A stretch of DNA of 64,000 bases from an uncultured Chloroflexia bacterium (GTDB taxonomy: Bacteria; Chloroflexota; Dormibacteria; Aeolococcales; Aeolococcaceae): NCBI GenBank assembly GCA_963793875.1, contig CAWCBS010000014.1, forward strand, positions 90,088 to 154,087. The letters are read 5' to 3'. The translations under genes were made by a program, and so were the position numbers. Position 1 is the stretch's first letter. Every line of letters starts with the position of its first letter. Below are positions 50,256-59,823 of this stretch, piece after piece. The notes beneath the pieces were generated by a model. That model saw only the letters and a program-made list of their open reading frames with translations. It ran no database searches and had not been told where the DNA came from.

Positions 50256-50884
50256 GGCTGCGGCTCCAGGCGGAAGAGGTTGTCGGTGGTCAGCGTGAAG
50301 CCGCCTGCGGTGGCGAGGAGCGAGTAGTGATAGGTGATCTGCAGCTCCGCGAAGTCCGGGGAGCCGACCACCGTGCGTGCACCGGGGAGCCAGTTGGAGA
50401 CCGACGCAGTCCCATTCTGCGCATAGATGTCCTCACACGGACCGGAGCAGCCGGAAGTGACCGTTGTGAAGGAGCCGCCGCTCTGCGTCATCTTCCAGAT
50501 CACGATCTGGGTCACGGTGGTGAGCGGCGCGCTGTTGAAGCCCTGCTGGTCCATCGCGCAGATGGCGATCTGATCGGCGGTCGCGGCCTGCCCGGCATTG
50601 GGACAGCTGGCCGCCAGTTGCAGACAGAGGCCGCCCGGCGTGTAGGACATGCAGTTGCCCTCGGTGGAGATCAGAGCCACCCCAACGTCAGCCGCGTGCT
50701 CGACCGCGCCCCGCCCGTAGAGGAAGAAGCCGGCGTTGACGATGGAGAAGAGGAGGAAGAAGAAGAGCCCGCCCACCAAGGCGAACTCGACCAAGCCCTG
50801 CCCTCTCTGACCCGGGCGTGGGGTCCGCTGACGATGGGGTGGCAGGATCCACCGCACTCTTGTCTTCCTTACTCCGGGCACCAC
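50252..50884 (-). CDS. TadE/TadF-like pseudopilin
   Basis: …RGQGLVEFALVGGLFFFLLFSIVNAG… is a TadE-family motif. 4-bp overlap with the downstream tadE-like gene. Confidence 0.65.
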   Translation of the reverse strand: MVPGVRKTRVRWILPPHRQRTPRPGQRGQGLVEFALVGGLFFFLLFSIVNAGFFLYGRGAVEHAADVGVALISTEGNCMSYTPGGLCLQLAASCPNAGQAATADQIAICAMDQQGFNSAPLTTVTQIVIWKMTQSGGSFTTVTSGCSGPCEDIYAQNGTASVSNWLPGARTVVGSPDFAELQITYHYSLLATAGGFTLTTDNLFRLEPQP

Positions 50885-51042
50885 GACACGCGCACCGCTG
50901 GGAGCGCCAGGTCAAAACTGTACCGAATGACGCGGTTGCTGTATCAGACGTCGCTGAGCTGTTACGAAAATGTGGAGACGACCCTCAGAGAGGCAGGCCC
51001 CGGGAAGTCCTGCGGGCCCATCCTGTGCCTAGAGTCGGCTGG

Positions 51043-53145
51043 ATGCCCGACGTCGCCGACGCCCGTGGCCGGCGGGTGGGCCGGATCCTGAAGCTTCCCA
51101 GCGCCTGCTGGCCGGACACGCCGGTGGCGGGGCTTCCCGGCGTCGGCCCGGCCCGGGCCAGGGGTCTCGGCCGGCTGGGCATCGTCACCGCCTCGGACCT
51201 GCTCCTCCACCTGCCCCGCCGTTACGAGGACACCCGAGACCTGGTGCCGGTTCGGGAGCTGCGCGCCGGCGTGGTGCAGACGGTCCGGGTGCGGGTGCGC
51301 GAGGTCCGCGCCCATCACAGCCCGAGGCGGCACATGGCGCTGGTCGAGGCCACCCTCGAGGACGGCGGCGGCAGCGTCGGCGCCATCTGGTTCAACCAGC
51401 CGTATATCGCCGGCCAGGTTCCCCCCGGCACCGAGCTCCTGGTCAGCGGCAAGGTGGTCAGCGGCCTGCACGGGCTGAGCTTCCAGAACCCCCGCTTCGA
51501 GCGGGCCAGCAGCGATCCCCGCCACGTCGGCCGGCTCGCCGCCGTCTACCCGGAGACGGAAGGGGTCACCTCCGTCTTCCTCCGGGGTTTGATCGCCCGG
51601 CTGCTGCCGGTGGCCGAGCAGATGCCCGACCGGCTGCCTCCCGAGGTCCGCCAGGCCGACGGCCTGATGCCGCTGGCCGATGCGCTCCGCCAGGTGCACC
51701 TCCCCGACGAGGAGAACGCCGCCGCAGGCGCCCGGGAGCGGCTGGGCTTCGAGGAGCTCTTCCTGATCCAGCTCGCGGCCGACCGGGCCCGGCGCCGGCG
51801 ACTGAAGTCGACCGGGGTGGTGGTCGCGTACGACGTCGCGGTCGCCCGCGCCTTCTCGGCCGGGCTGCCCTTCCGGCTCACCGACGGCCAGCGGATCGCC
51901 GCCCACCAGGTGCTCGCCGACCTCGCCGCCCCAGGACCGATGAACCGCCTGCTCCAGGGCGACGTGGGCAGCGGCAAGACTGCGGTGGCTGCGATGGCCG
52001 CCCTGATGACCTGCCGCTCCGGCCACCAGTGCGTGGTGATGGCACCCACCGAGATCCTGGCCCGCCAGCACTATGTGACCCTGGAGGCCCTGCTCGCCCC
52101 CTACGGCCTCTCGCCGCGGCTGCTCCTGGGCAGCACGGGGAGCCGGGCCCGGCGCGAGATCCTGGAGGGGCTGGCGGCCGGGCGCGACCCGCTCGTGGTC
52201 GGGACCCACGCCCTCATCGAGGACGACGTGGTGCTCAACGACCTGGGCCTGGTGGTCGTCGACGAGCAGCACCGCTTCGGGGTCGCCCAGCGTCAGCGGC
52301 TGCGCCTCAAGGCGCGCGCCATGCCCAACTTCCTGGCCATGACCGCGACCCCGATCCCGCGCTCGCTGACCCTCACCCTCTACGGCGACGTGGACGTCAG
52401 CGAGCTGCGCGAGATGCCTCCGGGCAGGCTCCCGGTCGAGACCCGGGTGGTCCCGCCCCAGGAGCGCGAGCAGGCGTACGAGTTCGTGCGGGCCCAGGTG
52501 GCGGAGGGGCGTCAGGTCTTCGTGATCTGCCCCCTGATCGAGGAATCGGACAAGTTGGGCGTGAAGTCGGTGACCGCCGAGCACCGCAAGCTGGCCGGGG
52601 AGGTGTTCCCCGACCTGCGCGTCGAGATGCTCCACGGCCGGATGCCGGCCCGCGAGAAGGCCGAGCGGATGGCCCGGTTCGCCTCCGGCGAGGCCGACCT
52701 GCTGGTCGCGACCTCGGTCGTGGAGGTGGGCGTCGACATCCCCAACGCGACCGTGATGATCGTCGAGGGCGCAGAGCGCTTCGGGCTGGCCCAGCTCCAC
52801 CAGCTCAGGGGGCGGGTCGGGCGCGACCGCCACCGGGCCTTCTGCCTGCTCTTCGAGGACGGCATCGACGAGGAGGGGTCGCAACGCCTGCAGGCGGTGG
52901 CCAGCACCCAGAGCGGCTTCGACCTCGCCGAGCTGGACCTCAAGCTGCGCGGGCCGGGGGACGTGGCCGGGCTGCGCCAGCACGGCCTCCCCGAGATGCT
53001 CGCCGCCGACCTCCTGGACGTCGCCCTCGCCCAGCGCGCGCGCAGCGCGGCCGCCGCCTGGCTGGACCGCGATCCTGGGCTGACCGCCTATGAGCCGCTG
53101 CGCGAGGCCATGCACGGCTACTCCAGCATCTTCGACCTGGACTGA
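51043..53145 (+). CDS. recG: ATP-dependent DNA helicase RecG
   Basis: The N-terminal …LPGVGPARARGLGRLGIVTASDLLLHLPRRYED plus helicase motifs (…DVGSGKT…; DEQHRFG). The ATG at 51043 was chosen, because the track start at 50818 overlaps the tadE-like gene. Confidence 0.85.
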   Translation: MPDVADARGRRVGRILKLPSACWPDTPVAGLPGVGPARARGLGRLGIVTASDLLLHLPRRYEDTRDLVPVRELRAGVVQTVRVRVREVRAHHSPRRHMALVEATLEDGGGSVGAIWFNQPYIAGQVPPGTELLVSGKVVSGLHGLSFQNPRFERASSDPRHVGRLAAVYPETEGVTSVFLRGLIARLLPVAEQMPDRLPPEVRQADGLMPLADALRQVHLPDEENAAAGARERLGFEELFLIQLAADRARRRRLKSTGVVVAYDVAVARAFSAGLPFRLTDGQRIAAHQVLADLAAPGPMNRLLQGDVGSGKTAVAAMAALMTCRSGHQCVVMAPTEILARQHYVTLEALLAPYGLSPRLLLGSTGSRARREILEGLAAGRDPLVVGTHALIEDDVVLNDLGLVVVDEQHRFGVAQRQRLRLKARAMPNFLAMTATPIPRSLTLTLYGDVDVSELREMPPGRLPVETRVVPPQEREQAYEFVRAQVAEGRQVFVICPLIEESDKLGVKSVTAEHRKLAGEVFPDLRVEMLHGRMPAREKAERMARFASGEADLLVATSVVEVGVDIPNATVMIVEGAERFGLAQLHQLRGRVGRDRHRAFCLLFEDGIDEEGSQRLQAVASTQSGFDLAELDLKLRGPGDVAGLRQHGLPEMLAADLLDVALAQRARSAAAAWLDRDPGLTAYEPLREAMHGYSSIFDLD

Positions 53146-53152
53146 GGCGTAG

Positions 53153-53722
53153 GTGGCCGCCAGTCGGATAACCGGAGGGGAGTGGCGAGGGCGGCTGCTG
53201 ACCACCCCGCACGGCCTGGAGGTGCGGCCGACCCGTGGCATGGTGCGCCAGGCCCTGTTCAACATCCTGGGGACGCGGGTCGCCGGGGTGCCGGTGGTCG
53301 ACCTCTACGCGGGAGCCGGGTCGCTGGGGTTCGAGGCGCTCAGCCGGGGGGCGCTGCGCGCCACCTTCGTCGACCGCCGCCCTCAGAGCCTGGCCCTGGT
53401 GAGGGAGACGGCCCGCCGCTTCGGCTGCGAGGACCGGGTCGAGGTGGTCAACGCCGACGCCATCACCTGGCTGCGCCGCCGGCCCGAGCAGGTGGGCGGC
53501 GCCGGTGTCTGCTTTGTCGACGCCCCCTACAAGGACGAGCGCTTGACCGAGGCGCTGGAGCTGCTCGGAGATCTCGCACCAGCACTCATCGTGTGCGAAC
53601 ATCACCGCGCCCGGGCGCTGCCCGCCGAGCTGGGAGTCCTCATCGCGGTGCGCACCGCCCACTACGGGCTCACCGACCTCACCCTCTACCAGCGTCGAGA
53701 GCAGCAGGAGCCGTCCCCATGA
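53153..53722 (+). CDS. rsmD: 16S rRNA (guanine966-N2)-methyltransferase
   Basis: RsmD family (…VDLYAGAGSLGFEALSRGA…VNADA…). Located upstream of coaD as in many bacteria. Confidence 0.8.
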   Translation: MAASRITGGEWRGRLLTTPHGLEVRPTRGMVRQALFNILGTRVAGVPVVDLYAGAGSLGFEALSRGALRATFVDRRPQSLALVRETARRFGCEDRVEVVNADAITWLRRRPEQVGGAGVCFVDAPYKDERLTEALELLGDLAPALIVCEHHRARALPAELGVLIAVRTAHYGLTDLTLYQRREQQEPSP

Positions 53723-54228
53723 AGGAGCGCGTGAGCGAGCGGCGGGTGGCCCTCTACCCCGGGAGCTTCGACCCCATCACCCTGGGCCACCTCGACATCC
53801 TGGAGCGGGCCATGGAGATCTTCGACCGGGTGGTGGTGTCGGTCCTGCGCAACCCCGACAAGCAGCCCCTCTTCAGCGTCGAGGAGCGCCTCGAGCTCAT
53901 CCGTGAGGCGGTCCGCCCCCTGAACGGGGAGGTCGAGGTCGACGCCTTCGACGGGCTCACCGTGGAGCACGCCAAGCGGGTGGGGGCGGTTGCCATCGTC
54001 CGCGGCCTGCGCGCGGTGAGCGACTTCGAGAGCGAGTTCCAAATGGCGCTGATGAACCGCCGTCTCGACCCCGACATCCACACCGTGTTCCTCATGACCT
54101 CGGCGCCCAACGTCTTCATGTCCTCGGCGCTGGTCAAGGAGGTCTGCCGGCTGGGGGGCGATATCAGCGAGTTCGTCCCGCCGCCGGTTGCCGAGGCGCT
54201 GCAACAGCGCGTCGGGCGTCGCGGATGA
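53719..54228 (+). CDS. coaD: Phosphopantetheine adenylyltransferase
   Basis: …ALYPGSFDPITLGHLDIL… (nucleotidyltransferase H-x-G-H). 169 aa. ATGA overlap with rsmD. Confidence 0.9.
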   Translation: MKERVSERRVALYPGSFDPITLGHLDILERAMEIFDRVVVSVLRNPDKQPLFSVEERLELIREAVRPLNGEVEVDAFDGLTVEHAKRVGAVAIVRGLRAVSDFESEFQMALMNRRLDPDIHTVFLMTSAPNVFMSSALVKEVCRLGGDISEFVPPPVAEALQQRVGRRG

Positions 54229-54896
54229 GCGGAGAACCGCGCTCCCCTCGAGAGGCCCCGCCGTCGACCCTCGACCTCCTCGACGCTCTGGAGGCGATGC
54301 TGACCGAGGCCCGGCGGGTTCCCTTCAGCGGCAGCGTCGTGGTCAACGACCAGGAGCTGGTCCAGCTGATCGACCGGGTCCGCCTCTCCCTGCCCGCGGA
54401 CGTGGTCCAGGCCCAGCGGCTGCTCGACCAGCGCGAGCGAGTGTTGACGGACACCGAGGAGCGGGCCGGAGACCTGACGGCGCGCGCCGAGGCCGCCGCC
54501 CGGCAGCTCGCCGAGCGGACGGCCGCGCAGGCCCGCGAGCTGACCGACCGCGCCCAGGCCGAGGCGGCGCAGCTCGCGGAACGGGCCGAGGCCGAGGCTC
54601 GCCGACTGGTGACGGAGGCCCAGGCTCAGGCCCAGCGTATGGTCGCCGAGCACACCGTCGTCCGGGCCGCCGAGGAGCGCGCCGCTCGCCTGTTGCGGGA
54701 CGCGGAGGAGCGCGCCGCCGCCATCACCTCGGCCGCCGAGGGGTATGCCCGGGACGCGGACGACTACGTTCGGGCGGTCATGACCGAGCTCGAGGAGCAC
54801 CTGGTGACCGCCACGTTGACAGTCCGCAAGGGGTTGAGCACCCTCGCGTCGGCGGAGACCCCCCGCAAGAAGCGGCGCGGCGGCGCGACCTCCTGA
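54225..54896 (+). CDS. Hypothetical Ala/Glu/Arg-rich coiled-coil protein
   Basis: 223 aa, no Cys. Long A/E/R/Q heptad-like repeats. It occupies the position where YceD (DUF177) usually sits between coaD and rpmF. Confidence 0.45.
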   Translation: MSGEPRSPREAPPSTLDLLDALEAMLTEARRVPFSGSVVVNDQELVQLIDRVRLSLPADVVQAQRLLDQRERVLTDTEERAGDLTARAEAAARQLAERTAAQARELTDRAQAEAAQLAERAEAEARRLVTEAQAQAQRMVAEHTVVRAAEERAARLLRDAEERAAAITSAAEGYARDADDYVRAVMTELEEHLVTATLTVRKGLSTLASAETPRKKRRGGATS

Positions 54897-55023
54897 GCCT
54901 CCGCCGCACGGCTCCATCCCCGCAGCCTGGCCGGAGGGGCGGCGGCGGCCCGAGCGGGTATACTCGCCGCTCAGGTCCTGCGTGGCCGTACGCTGCGCGC
55001 CCTCCCTCCATCCCGGAGCCGTC

Positions 55024-55200
55024 ATGCCCCTCCCCAAACAACACACCTCACAGCGCCGCCGCGACATGCGGCGCTCGCACCACGCCCTGGTCCTGCCCAC
55101 CCTGAACCCCTGTCCCCAGTGCAAGCAGCCGCGGCTGCCCCACCGGGTCTGCCCGAACTGTGGCCATTACGACCGCCGCGAGGTGATCGCGACCGAGTGA
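55024..55200 (+). CDS. rpmF: 50S ribosomal protein L32
   Basis: MPLPKQHTSQRRRDMRRSHHAL…CPQCKQPRLPHRVCPNCGHY is a bL32 signature. 58 aa from the internal Met. Confidence 0.85.
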   Translation: MPLPKQHTSQRRRDMRRSHHALVLPTLNPCPQCKQPRLPHRVCPNCGHYDRREVIATE

Positions 55201-56129
55201 CCGGACCGGGGCTGCGCGTCGCCCTCTGCTTTCCGGGTCAGGGCAGCCAGGCGGCCGGCATGGCGGCAGGCCTGGACGTGACGCCATTGGGAGAGCGGTT
55301 GCTCGCCGCCGCCGCCGCCGCCGGGATCGACCTCGAGGCCGCGCTGCGGGGCGACGACGAGTCGCTCCGCCCCACCGAGATCGCCCAGCCGGCGCTGATC
55401 TTCACCGAGCTGGTGCTGGCCGCCGCGCTCCCCCCGGAGCTCAGCGTGGTCGCCGTCGCCGGGCACTCGGTCGGCGAGCTGGCTGCCTGGGCCGCCGCCG
55501 GAGCCCTCTCGCCCGAGGCCGCACTCCGGCTGGCCGTGGAGCGCGGCCGGCTGATGGCGGGGATGCGGGAGGGGACCATGGCGGCGGTGTTGGGCCTCGA
55601 CCCCGGCAGCGTCGAGCGGCTCTGCGCTGAGACCGAGGGGACAGTGGTGGTGGCCAACCTCAACGCCCCCGGCCAGGTGGTGGTGAGCGGCGGGCTCGAT
55701 GCCATCGCTGACTTCTCGGTCCGGGCCCGGGAGCAGGGCGCCCGGCGGATCGTCCCGCTCCGGGTCAGTGGTGCCTTTCACTCGCCGCTGATGGCCGCCG
55801 CGGCCGCCGACTTCGCGCGCGTGCTCGAGGCCGCCGAGCTGCACCATCCGGCCCTGCCGGTGGTGGCCAACGTCGACGCCACCGCGGTCACCACCGGACC
55901 CGGGCTGCGCGAGCGGCTGGGCCGGCAGATGGTGTCCGCGGTGCGCTGGACCGAGTCGGTGGAACGGCTGGTCGAGCTCGGCGCCGACGTCCTGGTCGAG
56001 GTCGGGCCTGGGGAGGTGCTCACCGGGCTGGCTCGGCGGATCGCCCCCGGGGTGAGGGCGGTCAGCTTGGGCAGCCTGGCGGCCGCCGCCGGCCTGGCCG
56101 AGACCCTGGGCGCGGAGGGCTCGCGGTGA
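55197..56129 (+). CDS. fabD: Malonyl-CoA:ACP transacylase
   Basis: …ALCFPGQGSQ… and GHSVGE motifs. The GTG start overlaps the rpmF stop codon. Confidence 0.85.
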   Translation: MTGPGLRVALCFPGQGSQAAGMAAGLDVTPLGERLLAAAAAAGIDLEAALRGDDESLRPTEIAQPALIFTELVLAAALPPELSVVAVAGHSVGELAAWAAAGALSPEAALRLAVERGRLMAGMREGTMAAVLGLDPGSVERLCAETEGTVVVANLNAPGQVVVSGGLDAIADFSVRAREQGARRIVPLRVSGAFHSPLMAAAAADFARVLEAAELHHPALPVVANVDATAVTTGPGLRERLGRQMVSAVRWTESVERLVELGADVLVEVGPGEVLTGLARRIAPGVRAVSLGSLAAAAGLAETLGAEGSR

Positions 56130-56252
56130 GCCGGCCCGAGGCTTCGGCCGGACCCCTCCGCGGGAGCGCTCCCGGGCGCGCTCTGTCGAGTACCCTAGCG
56201 TCCGTGCCGGAGATGCCCTCGCCTACCACCCTTCCACGCCTGGCCACCGGCC

Positions 56253-57026
56253 GTGTTTGAGGGTGCCCTCACCGGCCAGGTCGCCCTGGTCACCGGTGGG
56301 TCCAAGGGGATCGGTCGGGCCACCGTCCTGGCCCTCGCCGAGGCGGGCGCGGACATCGCCTTCACCTACTCGGCCCAGGCCGATGCGCGGGCCGGCCATC
56401 CCGGTATCGCCGACGGCACCGCCGACGAGATCCGAGCCCTCGGGGTTCGCGCCATCACCCTGGATGCGGATGCGGCCGACCCCGCCGCCGCCGAGGTGGT
56501 GGTGGAATCGACCATCACGGGCCTGGGGCGCCTGGACATCCTGGTCAACAACGCCGGCATCGCGCGCGACAACCTCGCCATCCGGATGAGCGATGCGGAG
56601 TGGGATCTGGTCATCGCCATCGACCTCTCCGCGGCCTTCCACGTCAGCCGCGCCGCCCTCAAACGGATGTTCCGCCAGCGCTCGGGTCGAATCATCAATG
56701 TCAGCAGCATCGCCGGGATCATGGGCAACCCCGGCCAGGCCAACTACTCGGCCGCCAAGGCGGGGCTGATCGGCCTGACCAAGACCCTCGCCCGCGAGAT
56801 GGGGCCGAGGGGGATCACCGTCAACGCCGTGGCCCCGGGATTCATCGAGACCGACATGACCGCGGGGCTTGGCGACAAGGTCCTCAACTCGGCCCTCGGC
56901 GCCATCCCCCTGGGGCGGGCCGGCAAGGCCGAGGAGGTCGCCGCCGCGATCCGCTTCCTCGCCCTGCCGGAGGCCGGCTACATCACCGGCTGCGTCCTCC
57001 AGATCGACGGTGGCATGGGGGCGTGA
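56253..57026 (+). CDS. fabG: 3-oxoacyl-ACP reductase
   Basis: TGGSKGIGRA Rossmann fold, NNAG motif, and YSAAK catalytic motif. 257 aa. Confidence 0.9.
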   Translation: MFEGALTGQVALVTGGSKGIGRATVLALAEAGADIAFTYSAQADARAGHPGIADGTADEIRALGVRAITLDADAADPAAAEVVVESTITGLGRLDILVNNAGIARDNLAIRMSDAEWDLVIAIDLSAAFHVSRAALKRMFRQRSGRIINVSSIAGIMGNPGQANYSAAKAGLIGLTKTLAREMGPRGITVNAVAPGFIETDMTAGLGDKVLNSALGAIPLGRAGKAEEVAAAIRFLALPEAGYITGCVLQIDGGMGA

Positions 57027-57399
57027 CGATCACGGGTGGCCGGCTCCCCGGCTGAACCAGAGGAGACAGTGGCCGACACTCCAGCCGAGCATGCCGGGAC
57101 GGCCGGGTCGCCAGGATCGCGCCGCCGGCGCCGCCCGAGCACCCCGCCCCAGCCCGAGGAGACCATCGACAGAGCTCCGGAGCCCTCGCCGGCCCCCACG
57201 GCACCGACCTTCATCGACGGGGCCTCCGGACGGTATGCCTTTCGACCCCCCGACCCCACGCGGGGCGACCGGAGCCTGGGGGGCGACGACGACCCATCGC
57301 TGCGAGCGAAGCGGGACCCAACACGCGGTATTGTTTCCACCCAGCCCGAAGCGACCCACGCTGATGACGTTGATGAAAGAGAAGAAGGACTGACGACTG

Positions 57400-57648
57400 A
57401 TGCCAGACGTGACGTTCGACCGGTTCAAGACGATAGTCGCCGAGCAACTCGGCGTGGAGCCGGACCAGGTGACGCCGGAGGCGTCGTTCGTCGAGGATCT
57501 CAACGCGGACTCGCTCGACCTCGTGGAGCTGATCATGGCCTTCGAGGAGGAGTACCAGATGGAGATCAGCGACGAGGACGCGGAGCGGATCGGGACGGTG
57601 GGGCAGGCCTGGGAGTACATCAAGGAGAAGAGCGGGGCGGAGAGCTAG
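57400..57648 (+). CDS. acpP: Acyl carrier protein
   Basis: …[19 protein letters not shown]… contains the phosphopantetheine-attachment Ser. 82 aa. Confidence 0.9.
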   Translation: MPDVTFDRFKTIVAEQLGVEPDQVTPEASFVEDLNADSLDLVELIMAFEEEYQMEISDEDAERIGTVGQAWEYIKEKSGAES

Positions 57649-58487
57649 CCGTTCCCGGCCCCGGCCCCTCGCTGGACGCCCCGGCCACGGCCCGCCTGCT
57701 GGCGGAGGAGGCCCAGGCCAGCGCCGACTCTCATGGCGAGCCCACGGACCGCTCGCCCGGCTCCGGCTCCCCGGACGTCCCCGCCGCCGAGCCCGGAGGC
57801 CGGCCCCCAGCGGCGAGTGGTGAGGCTGCGCCGGCACGCCGCCGCCGGTCGCGCTCCCGGCGACCGGGCGGCTCGGCGACCCAGGCGCCGGCTCCGGCGG
57901 CTTCCCCGGAGGGGACCTCGACCCCGATCTCGGCCGCCGTGCCCGCTGCAGTCCGGGCGTCGATCTCGCCGGAGCCGACCCTGCCGTTCCCGCCGTCGCC
58001 GCCCCGCTCGGTCGCGATCCCGGTTGGGTCAGCGGCGTCGATCTCACCGGCAGCCCCCTCGATCCCCGGCCCGGATCTCACCGGGCCGCCGCTCGAAGCG
58101 CCCGGGGTGGGCCCGGCGGAGCCGCCAGCGAAACCCTCGCGCCGCCGGCGCTCCCGCTCGCGCGGGGCAGGCGCGGCGACCGCTGCCGCCGCGCCTCCGG
58201 CTGCGGAGTCCGGCGAGACGGCCGCGCCCGGTCCGACCGCTCCCGGGGTGCCGGCTCTCGCCGGCGGTGCGGCTCCGGGAACCGCGACCGTCGCCGGAGG
58301 GACCGCGGCGGTCGAAGCTGAGGGCGCCCCCCCGGCGGAGGGGAAGCCGGCGCGCCGGCGTCGCTCGCGTTCGCGCGGGAGCGCGGGGGCGGCTCCCGTG
58401 GCGGCCGGCCGGGTGGCCCTGACCGGATCCGCGCAGGCGGCTTCCGTGGCCCTGGCCGGCATCCCCCAGCGCACCCCGCCGGCTCCG

Positions 58488-59720
58488 ATGAGCGAGGAGT
58501 CAGTCGTGGCGTACCGGGGGGATGCGCAGGCGGCTGCGCCCCAGCCCTCGGAGCTGTTCCACCAATCGGAGCTGGCGCCCGAGGAGCAGCGGGGGCTCGA
58601 CGAGCTCGCCGAGCGCCTCCAGATCAACTTCCGGCGCCCGGCGCTGCTCCGCGAGGCGATGACCCACGCGTCGTGGAACAACGAGCGCGGCGAGCCCAGC
58701 GGTCCCGGTCACGACAACGAACGGCTGGAGTATCTCGGGGATGCGGTCCTCGAGCTGGTCGTCGGCGAGTACCTCTTCCGAAGGTTCCCGGGGTACGACG
58801 AGGGTCAGCTGACCCAGCTCCGGGCGGCGCTGGTCAACACCATGTCGCTGGCCAAGCTGGCCGAGCGCCTCCATCTCGGCGACTCGCTGCTGCTCGGCCG
58901 GGGCGCGGCCAAGACTGGGGCGCGGCAGCTCCCCTCGCTGCTCGCCAACTGCTTCGAGGCGATGATCGGGGCGATCTTCCTCGACCAGGGGTACCGGGTG
59001 GCGACCCGCGTCTTCCTGCAGAGCATCGGCGACCTCTCCGAGTGGAGCGACGAGAACCACAAGGGCCGGCTCCAGGAGGCGGCCCAGCTCCGTCTCGGAG
59101 CGCCCCCCGTGTACCGGGTGACGGCCATGGGCGGACCCGGACACCGCCGCGAGTACCGTGCCGAGGCGCTGGTGGGGGGGAAGGTGCTGGGCGAGGGGCG
59201 CGGCAGCACCAAGCAGGCGGCCGAGCAGGCGGCCGCGCGCCTCGCCGTGGAGCGGCTGTCCGTCCCCGAAGGGCAGCGGCCGGCGCCGGCTCGACCCCGC
59301 CGGCCCGCCGGGGTCGCGGCGGAGCCGGCTCGGGTGCGCCGCCGCGTCGCCGAGGTGGCCGCGGACCGGCGCGCCGTCGCCCGTCCCGCCGCCCAGGTCG
59401 TGACCCCCGCGGCCCCGGAGCCGGGGCGCTCTCGAGGCCTCCTCGGTGCCATCCGGGCCGCGGCCCAGGTCCTGGTGGGCCGCCGCGCCGAGGTGGCGCC
59501 GCCCGCCGCCCCGGCCGCCGCCGAGCCATCCAGCGGCGCCGCCCGGCGCAGCCACCGGGGCCACCGTGGGGGTCGCGGCCGCCGCCCGGGATCCGGGGCC
59601 GGATCCGCCCCCGCCGGCTCGTCGCCGTCCGGGTCCGAGGCCGGGGGGCCCGCACCCTCCGCATCCGCTCCCTCGGGCTCGCCGTCCTCCGGCAACACCC
59701 CGCCGGCCGCATCCCGGTGA
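58488..59720 (+). CDS. rnc: Ribonuclease III with a low-complexity Pro/Ala/Arg-rich C-terminal tail; the N-terminus may extend upstream in the same frame
   Basis: RNase III signature ERLEYLGDAVLELVVGEYLF, a dsRBD (…GRGSTKQAAEQAAARLAVE…), then ~180 aa of low complexity. The ATG at 58488 is the first canonical start. The frame is open back to 57036 with coding-like GC3. Confidence 0.7.
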   Translation: MSEESVVAYRGDAQAAAPQPSELFHQSELAPEEQRGLDELAERLQINFRRPALLREAMTHASWNNERGEPSGPGHDNERLEYLGDAVLELVVGEYLFRRFPGYDEGQLTQLRAALVNTMSLAKLAERLHLGDSLLLGRGAAKTGARQLPSLLANCFEAMIGAIFLDQGYRVATRVFLQSIGDLSEWSDENHKGRLQEAAQLRLGAPPVYRVTAMGGPGHRREYRAEALVGGKVLGEGRGSTKQAAEQAAARLAVERLSVPEGQRPAPARPRRPAGVAAEPARVRRRVAEVAADRRAVARPAAQVVTPAAPEPGRSRGLLGAIRAAAQVLVGRRAEVAPPAAPAAAEPSSGAARRSHRGHRGGRGRRPGSGAGSAPAGSSPSGSEAGGPAPSASAPSGSPSSGNTPPAASR

Positions 59721-59823
59721 CGGGGCTCTCCCCGAGCATCATCCGCGCGACATCTTGTGGTGGCGGCCCTGCCTGCCCCCCAGATGTTGACGTGGAGGCG
59801 CTCCGACACGGAGAATCCGGCGG

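Noticed and set aside
57036-57400. Proposed single 894-aa protein spanning fabG-acpP-rnc (track ORF 57036..59720)
   Set aside because: It reads through acpP in the wrong frame. acpP (57400..57648) is unambiguous, so the long ORF cannot be one protein. Only the rnc portion, and possibly the upstream disordered extension, is plausible.
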